53,814 nt of DNA from positions 1 through 53,814 of IMG/VR virus record IMGVR_UViG_3300017565_000323; one strand, 5' to 3'. The DNA is from a virus (Duplodnaviria; Caudoviricetes). The notes below the pieces were generated by a model, which searched no databases, was not told the origin of the DNA, and was given only the letters and a program-made list of their open reading frames with translations. Below are positions 37,079-47,034 of the stretch, piece by piece (the first letter of the stretch is position 1; every line of letters begins with the position of its first letter). A program made the translations under genes and the position numbers.

Positions 37079-38130
37079 GCCTGGTTCCCCAAGAATCGTT
37101 GCATGCCGAGATCATTGACAGCCAGGGCGAGGTGTTCGACCTGCGGAATCACCCGTCCGCGATCGAGGCCGTCACCCGCACCGAGATCGATATCCAGATC
37201 GCCACGGCCAAAAGGTTTCCGAGGCAACTCAGCAAGTTCATCACGGACGCCAAGGGAATGGTTTCCGTGAGTCCCGAACTCGCGGAAAAATGCACTTACG
37301 TGTTGCCGGGTCGGAAGAAAAAGGATGAGGCGACCGGCAAGTTCGTGCCGATCTCCGGCCCTTCGGTTCGCCTGGCTGAAATGCTCGCGTGTTGCTGGAA
37401 GAATATTCGCGTCAGTGGACGCGTGATCGACGACGACGGCAAGGCGATCACGGCCCAAGGGGTCTGCATGGACCTCGAGTCGAATATCGGCTACTCGGTC
37501 GAGGTTCGCCGCGGCGTGATGACAAAAGACGGCCGCCGCTACTCTGAAGATATGGTCAACATGACATGTAACGCGGCCATTGCCCTGGCGACCCGCAACG
37601 CGACATTCAAGACCATTCCCAGAGCCTTCGTCAATCTCATCGAGGAGTATGCTCGCGAGGTGGCGCGGGGCGACGTGGCCACACTGCCCGCGAGAGTGGA
37701 CCGGGCGATTCGGCATTTCAGCGGGTTAGGCGTAAGCGAGAAAGAGGTGTACGCGGCCCTCGAAGTGGCGGGCGCGGCCGACATTACGCTCGATCACCTT
37801 CAGACGCTCAATGGCTTCAAAAACTCAGTGACCGAAGGTCTGGCTACCGTGGAAGAGATCTTCCGGCCGACGCCGCAATTCACGGTCAGCTCGCCCCCGC
37901 CCGAAACCAAAGTCGACTCCCTCAAGCGGAAGATGGGCGTCAAGGCAAAGGAGGAACCTGAGCCTCAGTCCGAGCCCAGCTACATCCTCGACGGCAAGCC
38001 GGTCACCGTGGCGGAACTCGTGAAAATCGCCAGGGATGCTTATAAGTTCGAGGGTTCGGACGCGGCGGGTGCGGCCTTCATCTTGCGCGAGGAAAACCAC
38101 AAGGTCGAACTGGTTGGGTCCAAGTCATGA
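37075..38130 (+). CDS. Single-strand annealing/recombination protein partner of YqaJ
   Basis: IDIQIATAKRFPR, GPSVRLAE; coupled to the exonuclease. Confidence 0.7.
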   Translation: MSLVPQESLHAEIIDSQGEVFDLRNHPSAIEAVTRTEIDIQIATAKRFPRQLSKFITDAKGMVSVSPELAEKCTYVLPGRKKKDEATGKFVPISGPSVRLAEMLACCWKNIRVSGRVIDDDGKAITAQGVCMDLESNIGYSVEVRRGVMTKDGRRYSEDMVNMTCNAAIALATRNATFKTIPRAFVNLIEEYAREVARGDVATLPARVDRAIRHFSGLGVSEKEVYAALEVAGAADITLDHLQTLNGFKNSVTEGLATVEEIFRPTPQFTVSSPPPETKVDSLKRKMGVKAKEEPEPQSEPSYILDGKPVTVAELVKIARDAYKFEGSDAAGAAFILREENHKVELVGSKS

Positions 38131-38429
38131 TCCCTCGTCCCATCGGTCCGCGCGAGACCTGGCCGAAGTTCGACTGGACGGAATGCCGCACCTTGGCCTG
38201 CCGGGCCTGGTTCGCCCTGGTTGGTCCCGAGCCAGAGGTCGCGTGGCTACTCCCGTCGAGCGAGGGAGACTCGTGGATTCTCTCGGTCGGGACGCGGCGG
38301 CTGGCCGTGATGGCCTTGCCGCAAGACGAGGCGCTGGAGCACGCCGAGGCGATCGTGCGACGGTGCTATCCCCAGGCCGGCGCAAAACCAAACGCCGGCC
38401 GCTCGTTGAAATTGAGCAACCGGCGTTGA
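38127..38429 (+). CDS. Hypothetical protein
   Basis: ATGA coupling. Confidence 0.55.
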   Translation: MIPRPIGPRETWPKFDWTECRTLACRAWFALVGPEPEVAWLLPSSEGDSWILSVGTRRLAVMALPQDEALEHAEAIVRRCYPQAGAKPNAGRSLKLSNRR

Positions 38430-38479
38430 GTTTCGTCACGAGGACGTGCCGGGCAGGCAATGGGCAAGGAGCCCTTTAT

Positions 38480-39763
38480 ATGAAAACTCTCACGGTTGCA
38501 AACGCCTGGCCTCGGAGCAGCCATCTCCGGGGCCAGGCCAAGACTCGCAGGCCGTATCTCAGAGATTACCGCACCCAAGACGTGGACCGCAAGTCTTTCC
38601 AGCGGCATCGAGAGCAAGGGAAGCCTATCACACGTCTGATCGGGAGCGGTGTCGTGTCTCAGTCTCAGGATGAAGATTACAAGCCAGGGCAGCTCAAGAA
38701 TGGGTTCAACCTGATCGTTCGTGACTTCGATGAAGCGGTTCATCGCGCGAGGTTCCCGAGCCTGTGGCTCAGTCTCATCTATGAAGCTCGAAAGGCGTCA
38801 TGGGCCGAGGCAACGCGGAGCAAAAACGCTGATCCACTGTCGTTTCTGTTCAACCCAACCGATCTTGCCGTCAAGTACGGTTGTGATCGGAAGTCGGTTA
38901 AACGGGCTTTTGACGCCCTTTTGATCGCCCGCGTGTTCGTTCCGTCTGACGATGGACGGTTTCAAATCAACAAAGACTTCCGCGAATGGCTCGACCCCGA
39001 ACGGGTCGAATCGCTGTTCGACGAGCACGCAATTGAGAACATACTCCAAAGTTCCGCATTACTCCGAATGCGCCGACGCGGGACTTCTACGTCCCCTGAA
39101 GGGGGCGCAAATGTCCCAAAGCCGCATAACCGGGGGGACGTAAATGTCCCACTTAGGGGGCGCAAATGTCCCGCGCCTGCGGCGCTTGCGCCCCCTATTT
39201 TAGTCCCCCCCTTAGAACCCCCTGTAGAACGCGCGCCGGTGGATAGTCTTAGAGAGAGAGAGAATATAAGCAGCTGCGCTGCTTCGCGCGAGGAGCGAAC
39301 AGGAACACAGGCGGACAACATCCCTCCGTATCCCACCGAGGACGGCCCCCTGGAGATCATGCCCGGGGCCCACCCGATGGCACCCAATGACGCCAAGCGG
39401 ATCTGGCGGATTCTCTGGCAAGCTTTCGCTGACCAGAAAATTTCGAACGAGTGGTACGAACATCAAGCCTGGTATCCGGCTGAGTGCTGGATCGACGCGA
39501 TCCGCGAAGTGCACCGACGAGGCACCAAGCCCGGATCGATCAACTATCTCCAACGCGTCGCCACTGCCGCCCAGGCTGGCACGCTCAAGAAACCCGATTC
39601 CCCGCCTGGCCCGACGCTTCCGGGCCTCGAGCCTCCGCGCCCCTCGCAACGGGGAACGCCTCCTCCTCCTCGCGCTACAGACAGTGAGCCGGTCAAGTTT
39701 GTTCTTCCCAAAAAACCAAGTCGAACCAGGAAGGAATCCTGCGATGAAGCCATTGACGGCTGA
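38480..39763 (+). CDS. Replication initiator protein (lambda O-like)
   Basis: Winged HTH (TDLAVKYGCDRKSVKRAFDAL...FQINKDFREW), internal iterons, upstream of DnaB. Confidence 0.8.
   Translation: MKTLTVANAWPRSSHLRGQAKTRRPYLRDYRTQDVDRKSFQRHREQGKPITRLIGSGVVSQSQDEDYKPGQLKNGFNLIVRDFDEAVHRARFPSLWLSLIYEARKASWAEATRSKNADPLSFLFNPTDLAVKYGCDRKSVKRAFDALLIARVFVPSDDGRFQINKDFREWLDPERVESLFDEHAIENILQSSALLRMRRRGTSTSPEGGANVPKPHNRGDVNVPLRGRKCPAPAALAPPILVPPLEPPVERAPVDSLRERENISSCAASREERTGTQADNIPPYPTEDGPLEIMPGAHPMAPNDAKRIWRILWQAFADQKISNEWYEHQAWYPAECWIDAIREVHRRGTKPGSINYLQRVATAAQAGTLKKPDSPPGPTLPGLEPPRPSQRGTPPPPRATDSEPVKFVLPKKPSRTRKESCDEAIDG
39079..39172. repeat. Iterons / replication origin inside initiator gene
   Basis: GGGGGCGCAAATGTCCC at 39101 and 39156, GGGGACGTAAATGTCCC at 39134, degenerate copy at 39079. 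Confidence 0.8.
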
Positions 39764-41114
39764 AGACCACTACCAGATGCCGCCCAAGAATCTCCAGGCC
39801 GAGCGGCAGTCTCTCGGCGCGGCGATGCTCGACGCGAACGCATTGCACGAAGTCCTGACGATTTTGCAGCCCGACGATTTTTACCTCGACGAACACCAGA
39901 TCATTTTTCGGGCAATCAGGCGACTTCAGGACGAAGCGCAGCCGGTTACGTCGCTGGCGATCTCGGAATCACTCCAGCGAACTGGCGACTTCAAGGCCGC
40001 CGGTGGCGACGAGACGCTCTCGGAGCTTATGGAGTCGGTCCCCCACACGTTGAACGCCGCTTACGATGCGGCGATCGTGAAGCAAAAGGCGATTGCCCGG
40101 CGGCTGTACGAGCTGGCCCACGCGACGATCGACGAGGTTCGCTCAAGCAAATATTCAGGTGACGACCTTTTGGGTCGGATGCAATCAAGCCTCATGGCGA
40201 TCGACGCAGGACGAACCGATCGTCGCCTCGTTCCGATTGCCGATGCGATGCGAGAAGCGGTCGAAGCGATCGAGACGAGACATAAGCGACGTGGAGAACT
40301 TAGCGGAGTCGGGACTGGCCTCGTCGATCTCGACCGAGTGCTCGGCGGCCTTCAACCCGAGCAACTCGTCATCCTGGCGGCCCGGCCGAGCATGGGCAAG
40401 ACGGCTTTAGCTCTGAACATCTGCGATTACGTCGCAGTCGAACAGGGTGGGGCGGTTTTGTTTGTGACTCTCGAGATGAGTGAGACTCAGCTTGCCGAGC
40501 GAATGATTCTCGCGAGATCATCGACGCCTGGAGAAAGAGCGAAAAACGGCAGGCTTGACGAGAGCGAGTTTCTGCACCTGCGATGTGCCGCAAGCGTCTT
40601 GTCGCAAACATCTGTTTACTTTGATGCGACACCAACCCAGGATGTCCTTCAGGTCTTGTCGACCGCCCGAAATGTCGCGCAGAGGGCGGACGTGTCGCTT
40701 GTGGTCATCGACTACATCCAGCTCATCGATTCGCCTGATGGCCGTGAAAGCCGGCAAGAGCAGGTGGCGAAAATTAGTCGGAGGCTCAAGGTTCTCGCCC
40801 GAGAACTCAAGGTCCCCGTGATCGCGCTCTCGCAGCTCAACCGCTCGGCGGAAGCCAGGGATGGCCACCGCCCCCGCATGGCCGACCTGCGGGAATCCGG
40901 CGCCATCGAGCAGGACGCCGACGTCGTGCTCTTGCTCCACCGGCCGGAGTATTACGACCCCCAGGATAAGCCGAACGTCGCAGAAGTGATCATCGCCAAG
41001 AACCGCAACGGCGACGTGCGGACGGTGTCGCTGTATTTCGACAAGCCCACCATGAAGTTCAGCTTGCTTTCCCCTGACATCCCGCCCCAGGAAGGCGGTC
41101 AACCTGCATTCTAG
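39744..41114 (+). CDS. dnaB: Replicative DNA helicase
   Basis: AARPSMGKT, IDYIQL, SQLNR, DLRESGAIEQDAD, KNRNG. Confidence 0.97.
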   Translation: MKPLTAEDHYQMPPKNLQAERQSLGAAMLDANALHEVLTILQPDDFYLDEHQIIFRAIRRLQDEAQPVTSLAISESLQRTGDFKAAGGDETLSELMESVPHTLNAAYDAAIVKQKAIARRLYELAHATIDEVRSSKYSGDDLLGRMQSSLMAIDAGRTDRRLVPIADAMREAVEAIETRHKRRGELSGVGTGLVDLDRVLGGLQPEQLVILAARPSMGKTALALNICDYVAVEQGGAVLFVTLEMSETQLAERMILARSSTPGERAKNGRLDESEFLHLRCAASVLSQTSVYFDATPTQDVLQVLSTARNVAQRADVSLVVIDYIQLIDSPDGRESRQEQVAKISRRLKVLARELKVPVIALSQLNRSAEARDGHRPRMADLRESGAIEQDADVVLLLHRPEYYDPQDKPNVAEVIIAKNRNGDVRTVSLYFDKPTMKFSLLSPDIPPQEGGQPAF

Positions 41115-41171
41115 TGGTATACTTGGATGTACCGCATTTCTAACAGTAATCGATTCAAGGAAGAAACGAAT

Positions 41172-41615
41172 ATGAGCACGACAGTGATCGACTTGAAGGC
41201 CTTGGCTGAAGCCGGGCGATACCGGATCAGTCACGACGAGTCGGCCGAGATGACCGGCCAGACGCACGAGGAACGCAAGTGGCTCGTTCAGATCGAGGGC
41301 CGCAACGGACACGTCTTCGTGCAAGGCGTTGCGGAACTGGGGGCGTACGTCAAACTAACCGTCCGCGCTCGACTCGACGCCCTGCTTGCCATCCCCGGCG
41401 CTCGACTGCTCCAGCGGGGCGACTCCGAGGCGAGTGTTGCGTTCCCGCCCGAACACCTCGATCACGTCGCCTCGATTCTGAAACTCCGCCGCCGCCGCCC
41501 GGCCATATCCGAAGAGCACGCCCGAAAACTGGCCGAGGCCGGCGCCAAGCATCGTTTCGTCCCGGTTGTGAGCGTCGAAAAAGCGGGCGCCATGCCGTCG
41601 CCGACGTCGGGTTGA
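41172..41615 (+). CDS. Hypothetical protein
   Basis: In-operon ORF, QRGDSEASVAF motif. Confidence 0.65.
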   Translation: MSTTVIDLKALAEAGRYRISHDESAEMTGQTHEERKWLVQIEGRNGHVFVQGVAELGAYVKLTVRARLDALLAIPGARLLQRGDSEASVAFPPEHLDHVASILKLRRRRPAISEEHARKLAEAGAKHRFVPVVSVEKAGAMPSPTSG

Positions 41616-41723
41616 TAGATGAGACCATCCGACGTCCCCAGACGCGTTCTAGGCACGTTTGCTGCCCATTTACCCGAGAGTCAACCTTTCCCCCGCAACC
41701 CTTACCCAAAAGGCTCAACCGTC

Positions 41724-43004
41724 ATGAGCGAACTCAAGGATGAATCCCTGGAGTTGATCCCGGAAACCGAAGCCCTCGTCGAACCCCCGCCCGACGCGCC
41801 GTCGGCATCCGAGCCCGACGACCGCGACGAACTCATTGCCCAGCTTGAGGCCGAGCTCAAGCAAGCTCGCGTCGAGATCGACCGTCGCACGCTCAGCGCC
41901 GACGCCCTGGCTCGCATTGCCCGAGCTGAGGAGCATGTCACGATCGCCGAAAAGGCCCACGACGCATCGAAAAAAGAAACGAATCTGTTGAAAAAAGAAT
42001 GGGAAGCATCCGTTCAAAACTTGCAGCGCGTGATCCGCAAGGAGAACGAGTCGCTCCCCCTGTTCGATCGCAAGCCGAAGACCGAACCCGCTCCCCAGGC
42101 TCAGCCCGAAAACAACGAAAACGACGAGTCGTGGCGTGAAGTCCTGATCAACAGCTTGACCTTCGACGATGGCTCCAAGCTCCCCCAGGGCATTCTCGAT
42201 TCGCTGGCTGAGGCCGAAATCTTGACCGTTGGCGAGCTTCAGTCCTGGCAGGAGCCCCGACCCAAGGGCAAGGGCAAACGCCTGGTCGACATCCCCGGCA
42301 TCGGGCCCGGCAAGGCCCAGAAGATCGAAGACATTCTGATTTGCTTCTGGAAGACGCGACAGCTCGAAGTGATCTCTGAAGCGAAAGCCGAGATCAACGA
42401 AACCCTCGTCGAAGGGGTCCGCCAGGTCGAAGCGGAGCAGCTTGAAGCGCTTTGGCGAGCCGAATCCACGGACGATCTCGAGGGGCTCTCCGACTCCGAC
42501 TGGGAGATCCTGTCCGCGTGCGGAATCAGCACGCTCGGCAATCTCTACGATGCCGTCCAGTCCGATGAGTTCGACGCGACCTATCCCGACTTCGCCGGCC
42601 GCCGCGACGAGCTAGCCGACATAGTCTCCGTGGCCATCGACCAGATCCTCGTCAAGGCGACCGACGCGCCAACCGAGGTCTCGGCGTCCCAGCAGTGGCG
42701 AACCATCCCCGTCGCGTCCCTGGGGCTCTTGGACGCTTTCGTCGAAGCCCTCGGCAAGGGCGGCATCCGGACCGCTCAGGACCTGGTCTTCGCCTCGCGT
42801 GAAACCAGTTATGTCGATTCGATTCCCGGTGTCGACCCCGAGGCCTGCCTGGAAGCGATCCGCGAAGCCGTGAAGCGATTCCGCCAGTCTCTCCCCGACG
42901 ACCAGGCGTTCGACCTCGAGGCCTTCGAGGCCGAGCACTTCCCATCCGTCGAGCCCGTGAAGCCGTCCAAGAACGGCAAGCGATCGAAAAAGACGACCGC
43001 CTGA
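41724..43004 (+). CDS. Coiled-coil protein with three HhH/RNAP alpha-CTD-like repeats
   Basis: WR...L.....I.T...L x3; DIPGIGPGKAQKI. Confidence 0.65.
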   Translation: MSELKDESLELIPETEALVEPPPDAPSASEPDDRDELIAQLEAELKQARVEIDRRTLSADALARIARAEEHVTIAEKAHDASKKETNLLKKEWEASVQNLQRVIRKENESLPLFDRKPKTEPAPQAQPENNENDESWREVLINSLTFDDGSKLPQGILDSLAEAEILTVGELQSWQEPRPKGKGKRLVDIPGIGPGKAQKIEDILICFWKTRQLEVISEAKAEINETLVEGVRQVEAEQLEALWRAESTDDLEGLSDSDWEILSACGISTLGNLYDAVQSDEFDATYPDFAGRRDELADIVSVAIDQILVKATDAPTEVSASQQWRTIPVASLGLLDAFVEALGKGGIRTAQDLVFASRETSYVDSIPGVDPEACLEAIREAVKRFRQSLPDDQAFDLEAFEAEHFPSVEPVKPSKNGKRSKKTTA

Positions 43005-43011
43005 CTTTCGC

Positions 43012-43040
43012 TCGTCCCGGCGCGAGTCGGGGCGAATTCT
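43012..43040 (+). terminator. GNRA hairpin, weak terminator
   Basis: TCGTCCCGGC-GCGA-GTCGGGGCGA-ATTCT. Confidence 0.5.
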
Positions 43041-43075
43041 TCCCCTCTCGATTCTCCAAGGATGGAGCATGACGT

Positions 43076-43309
43076 ATGCGTGAATATCGATATTTCATCT
43101 ACTTTATCGCCCGCCGATGGCGGCTCCCGCTCAGCCGATGGCTGTTTCCGCGAGCCTGCACGTGCCAAATGGTTTCGAGTCACCCGATTCGCGGCACGGA
43201 AGACATTCGTGTCATCGAATCCGAGATCGAAGAGGACATGGGGTTTCGCGACGTCATGATCCTCTACTGGCGACGCTTCGAGGCCGAGCCCGACGAGCCC
43301 ATCAAATGA
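43076..43309 (+). CDS. Hypothetical protein
   Basis: GGAG RBS; ATGA coupling to rusA. Confidence 0.55.
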   Translation: MREYRYFIYFIARRWRLPLSRWLFPRACTCQMVSSHPIRGTEDIRVIESEIEEDMGFRDVMILYWRRFEAEPDEPIK

Positions 43310-43743
43310 CCATCTCTTTCTTCGTTCACGGCCTGCCGATGCCTGGCGGAAGCAAAAAAGGCTTCGTCACCAAGACCGGCCGAGTCGCGATCGTGGACGC
43401 TGCCGAGAACAAGACCTGGCGGGGCGACGTGAAGCGCGCGGCCCTCGAGGCCTACCACGACGACCCCCTTGGGTGCCCGCTCGAAGTCACGTTCATCTTC
43501 TTCACGCTTCGTCCCAAGGGCCACTACGGCGAGGGCCGCAACGCCAAACGGCTCAAGCCCTCGGCTCCGCTTTACCCCGCGAGCAAGCCCGACGCCCTCA
43601 AGCTGGCCCGGTCGACTGAGGACGCCCTGACTGGCATCATCTGGAAAGATGATTGCTTGACCGTGGATCTGAAGATCGCCAAACGCTACGGGCCTCGGCC
43701 GGGTTGCCAAATCATCATTCAAGTGAAGGAATCACCCAAGTGA
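43306..43743 (+). CDS. rusA: RusA-family Holliday junction resolvase
   Basis: KPDALKLARSTEDALTGIIWKDD. Confidence 0.9.
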   Translation: MTISFFVHGLPMPGGSKKGFVTKTGRVAIVDAAENKTWRGDVKRAALEAYHDDPLGCPLEVTFIFFTLRPKGHYGEGRNAKRLKPSAPLYPASKPDALKLARSTEDALTGIIWKDDCLTVDLKIAKRYGPRPGCQIIIQVKESPK

Positions 43744-44846
43744 AAGTCAGAGTCGAACGCAAAACCTTTCAAGCCGCCTTCGCCTCGGCGGCCTCCGTTG
43801 TCCCCCCGAAGCCAGTCAAGGACATCTACAAAAACCTACTCCTTGGGACCACCGACCACGCGACCTTGACCGGCACCGACACCGAGGCCACGATTCGCGT
43901 CTCCGTCCCCGGCGTGTTCTGGGAGGAGCCCGGCGAACTCCTTCTCCCAATCGCGCGAATGAACGAAATTCTTCGCGCATCCAACGATACCGATATCCAC
44001 ATCGAGCGCGACGGCGATCATCTGCTTGTCTCCGGGGCTCGCTCCAGGTTCAAGCTCCCGACCGAGGATCCAGGCCATTACCCCCGGCCCTCGTGGCGCG
44101 ACAATCACGAGCCGATCGCGACCGTCAAGGCCGAGCCGCTGCGTCTGGCCCTGCGGCGCACGATGTTCGCCACCGACCCCGAGAGCACGCGCTACGCCCT
44201 GGGCGGGGCGCTCTTCGGCCTCACCCCCGGCAAGCTCACGATCGCCGCGACGGACGGCCGCCGATGTGCCGTCGATGAGTTCGAGGCCGACACGAAGGGC
44301 ATGGTCGGCACCCCGCCGGTTGTCCCCTTGCGTGCGATGAAGACCCTCGACCGTCTCCTTCCCGACGCGGACTCGGTCGAGATCTGGCCGAGTGATCGCA
44401 CCTGCGAGTTCCACCTCGGCAACGCCTGGCTTCAGTCCCGATTGGTCGAAGGGCGTTTCCCTCGCTACAAGGATGTGTTCCCGGACCCATCCTCATATCA
44501 AGGCAAGGCTGAACTTACCGCTGGCGATTTCCTTCAGGCCTGCCAGGCCGCCCAGATCACCACGAACGACGAATCGCGCGGCGTCGATTTCACGTTCAAC
44601 GAAGGCCTGGTCAAGCTCAAGAGCCAGGGCGCGGACGTGGGCAGTTCGCTGGTCGAACTCCCCCTCGCCTACACCGGCCCTTCGATTGAGACCACCTTCG
44701 ACCCCCGCTACCTGGCCGACATGCTGCGGACCTTCGAGCCCGGCACGACGCTCCGGCTCGACCTGATCGACGACAAGAACGCGGCCATGTTCAGTTTCGA
44801 GGGATACCGCTATGTCGTGATGCCGCTAACGAGGGAACGGAAATGA
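43740..44846 (+). CDS. dnaN: DNA polymerase III beta sliding clamp
   Basis: TRYALGG, ATDGRR, SRLVEGRFPRY, FDPRYL, YVVMPL. Confidence 0.93.
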   Translation: MKVRVERKTFQAAFASAASVVPPKPVKDIYKNLLLGTTDHATLTGTDTEATIRVSVPGVFWEEPGELLLPIARMNEILRASNDTDIHIERDGDHLLVSGARSRFKLPTEDPGHYPRPSWRDNHEPIATVKAEPLRLALRRTMFATDPESTRYALGGALFGLTPGKLTIAATDGRRCAVDEFEADTKGMVGTPPVVPLRAMKTLDRLLPDADSVEIWPSDRTCEFHLGNAWLQSRLVEGRFPRYKDVFPDPSSYQGKAELTAGDFLQACQAAQITTNDESRGVDFTFNEGLVKLKSQGADVGSSLVELPLAYTGPSIETTFDPRYLADMLRTFEPGTTLRLDLIDDKNAAMFSFEGYRYVVMPLTRERK

Positions 44847-46006
44847 CCAAGGCCCCGTTCCCCTATCACGGGGGCAAAAGCCGCGTGGCCGAACTCGTTT
44901 GGAAACGACTCGGCGACGTCGATAACTATTGCGAACCGTTCATGGGTTCGGCGGCCATGCTGCTCGCTCGGCCGCACGCGCCTCGCGTCGAAACAGCGAA
45001 TGATTATGATTGCTACGTGGCCAATTTCTGGCGCGCGACCAGCAAAGACCCCGACGCTGTGGCCGAGCATGTCGATTGGCCAGTGAACGAGGTCGATCTT
45101 CACGCCAGGCATCGTTGGTTGGTTCTCTCCGACGAGGCCAAGGCCTTCCGCGACCGCATGCGAACCGTCCCCGAGTACTTCGACCCGAAGATCGCAGGCT
45201 GGTGGTGCTGGGGTGCGGCGTGCTGGATCGGCGGGGCGTGGTGCCAGGTCCGCGACAGCCTGCCCGAGAAGATCCCGGCCGCCGCGAGAGGTTCACGCCG
45301 AGAGGGGCCGAAGCTTGCAGCTCGCCGACCGGCCCTCTCGGGAGACAATCCTGGCTCCTACGGCAAGGGTGTGCATTCCAAGGGGCCGACGCTCAGCCAA
45401 CAGGTTCCGCGTATCGGCGACGGATTCGGCCGAGGCGTCCACTCGAAAGGACCCAATCTCTACCAGGGCCGCCCCCAGCTCGGCGACGCATTCGCTAGGG
45501 GCCGCGGCGTTCACGGTCACGACGTCGCGATCACCTGCGAGAATCGCCACGAATGGCTTCTCGGCTGGTTCCGCCAACTCCGCGATCGACTCCGAACCGT
45601 CCGCGTGTGCTGCGGCGACTGGCTGCGGATCTGCGATTCCCCTTCCGTCACGACTCGCCTGGGAATCACTGGTCTGTTCTTGGATCCGCCTTACTCCGCC
45701 GAGGCCGGTCGGGACATGAGTCTTTATGCATGCGAAGACGGCGATGTTGCCCATCGCGTGCGTGAATACTGCCTCGAGCGCGGCGACGATCCCAAGATGC
45801 GGATTGCCCTCTGTGGATACGAAGGCGAAGGGCACGAGGCCTTAGAGGCCAAGGGCTGGGAAGTCGTGGCCTGGCGAGCCAATGGCGGCTACGGCAACCG
45901 GAGCGAGAAGGGCCGCGCGAACCGAGAGCGAGAGAGGATCTGGTTCTCGCCGCATTGCTTGCGGGATGAAGTGGTTCAAGGCCAACTCTTCGGCGATTCC
46001 GAGTAG
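44843..46006 (+). CDS. DNA adenine methyltransferase (Dam/D12-like)
   Basis: PYHGGKS, EPFMGS, LDPPY. Confidence 0.88.
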   Translation: MTKAPFPYHGGKSRVAELVWKRLGDVDNYCEPFMGSAAMLLARPHAPRVETANDYDCYVANFWRATSKDPDAVAEHVDWPVNEVDLHARHRWLVLSDEAKAFRDRMRTVPEYFDPKIAGWWCWGAACWIGGAWCQVRDSLPEKIPAAARGSRREGPKLAARRPALSGDNPGSYGKGVHSKGPTLSQQVPRIGDGFGRGVHSKGPNLYQGRPQLGDAFARGRGVHGHDVAITCENRHEWLLGWFRQLRDRLRTVRVCCGDWLRICDSPSVTTRLGITGLFLDPPYSAEAGRDMSLYACEDGDVAHRVREYCLERGDDPKMRIALCGYEGEGHEALEAKGWEVVAWRANGGYGNRSEKGRANRERERIWFSPHCLRDEVVQGQLFGDSE

Positions 46007-46053
46007 TTCGCGTCAGTCTTCCGGAGTTTCCGGATAGCTCAAAGGAGTAAGGA

Positions 46054-47034
46054 ATGCAAAGCTCATCAATCGAATGGACGGACATGACAGTCAACTTCAT
46101 CCGGGCCCGATGCAAGATCACCGGCAAGATCGGTTGGTTTTGCATCATCTGTAGCCCTGGGTGCGCAAACTGTTATGCATGGAAGTGGAATATCTTTCGG
46201 GGCAACGGGCATCACTTCAAAGCCACATCACTTAAAGATGTCGAGATCTTCCTCGACGAGAAGGTCTTACAGAAACTGCTGAAGCGACGAAAGCCCGCAA
46301 AGGTCTTTCCCTGCGACATGACCGACATCTTCGGCCCCTGGGTCAAGGAAGAATGGCTCGACAAGATCTTCGCGACGTTCGCGATGTGTCGCAATCTGAC
46401 ATTCCAAGTCCTGACGAAACGCCCGGAACGGATGCGGGATTACTTGCGACAAGTCAGCGACGAAAAGGATATGCAACGTTGGGCACAGCATGCTTGCGAC
46501 CTCACTCAAAGCCCTTGCGCTGAACTGATTTTTGAAGACCTCAACTGGCCTTTGCCAAATCTCTGGCTAGGCGTCTCCGTTGAGGATCGCAAGCACGGCC
46601 TACCGCGTATCGACGTGCTTCGCGAGATCCCGGCCGCCGTGCGTTTCCTGTCGATCGAACCCCTGCTTGAAGACCTGGGCGAGCTCAATCTCGACGGGAT
46701 CGACTGGGTGATCGTGGGTGGCGAGAGCGGCCCTAAGGCTCGGCCAATGCATCCCAATTGGGCACGGTCGATCCGCGATCAGTGCATCGAATCAAAAACC
46801 CCGTTCCTGTTTAAGCAGTGGGGTCGATGGGGGATTAGTGGTCAGTGCCCCAATGGCGGCATGGGGCTAAAAATCAAGCATTCGCTGTGGCTTGATGACC
46901 GAGACGGCACGCAGGGCCATGGCGTTAGTGACCTTCGTCATCACGCAAATATCCTCGACGTCGGAAAGAAAGCCGCTGGTCGCTTGCTCGACGGTCGCGA
47001 GTGGTCGGAGTTTCCGGAGGTGGCCACGCGATGA
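46054..47034 (+). CDS. Gp37/Gp68 (DUF5131) radical-SAM-like protein
   Basis: SSIEWTD, CSPGCANCYA, LTKRPER, SIEPLL, WVIVGGESG, FKQWG. Confidence 0.93.
   Translation: MQSSSIEWTDMTVNFIRARCKITGKIGWFCIICSPGCANCYAWKWNIFRGNGHHFKATSLKDVEIFLDEKVLQKLLKRRKPAKVFPCDMTDIFGPWVKEEWLDKIFATFAMCRNLTFQVLTKRPERMRDYLRQVSDEKDMQRWAQHACDLTQSPCAELIFEDLNWPLPNLWLGVSVEDRKHGLPRIDVLREIPAAVRFLSIEPLLEDLGELNLDGIDWVIVGGESGPKARPMHPNWARSIRDQCIESKTPFLFKQWGRWGISGQCPNGGMGLKIKHSLWLDDRDGTQGHGVSDLRHHANILDVGKKAAGRLLDGREWSEFPEVATR

Noticed and set aside
39250-39263. (AG)n microsatellite as phase-variation tract
   Set aside because: Short and encodes LRERE in the initiator linker next to the origin; common there
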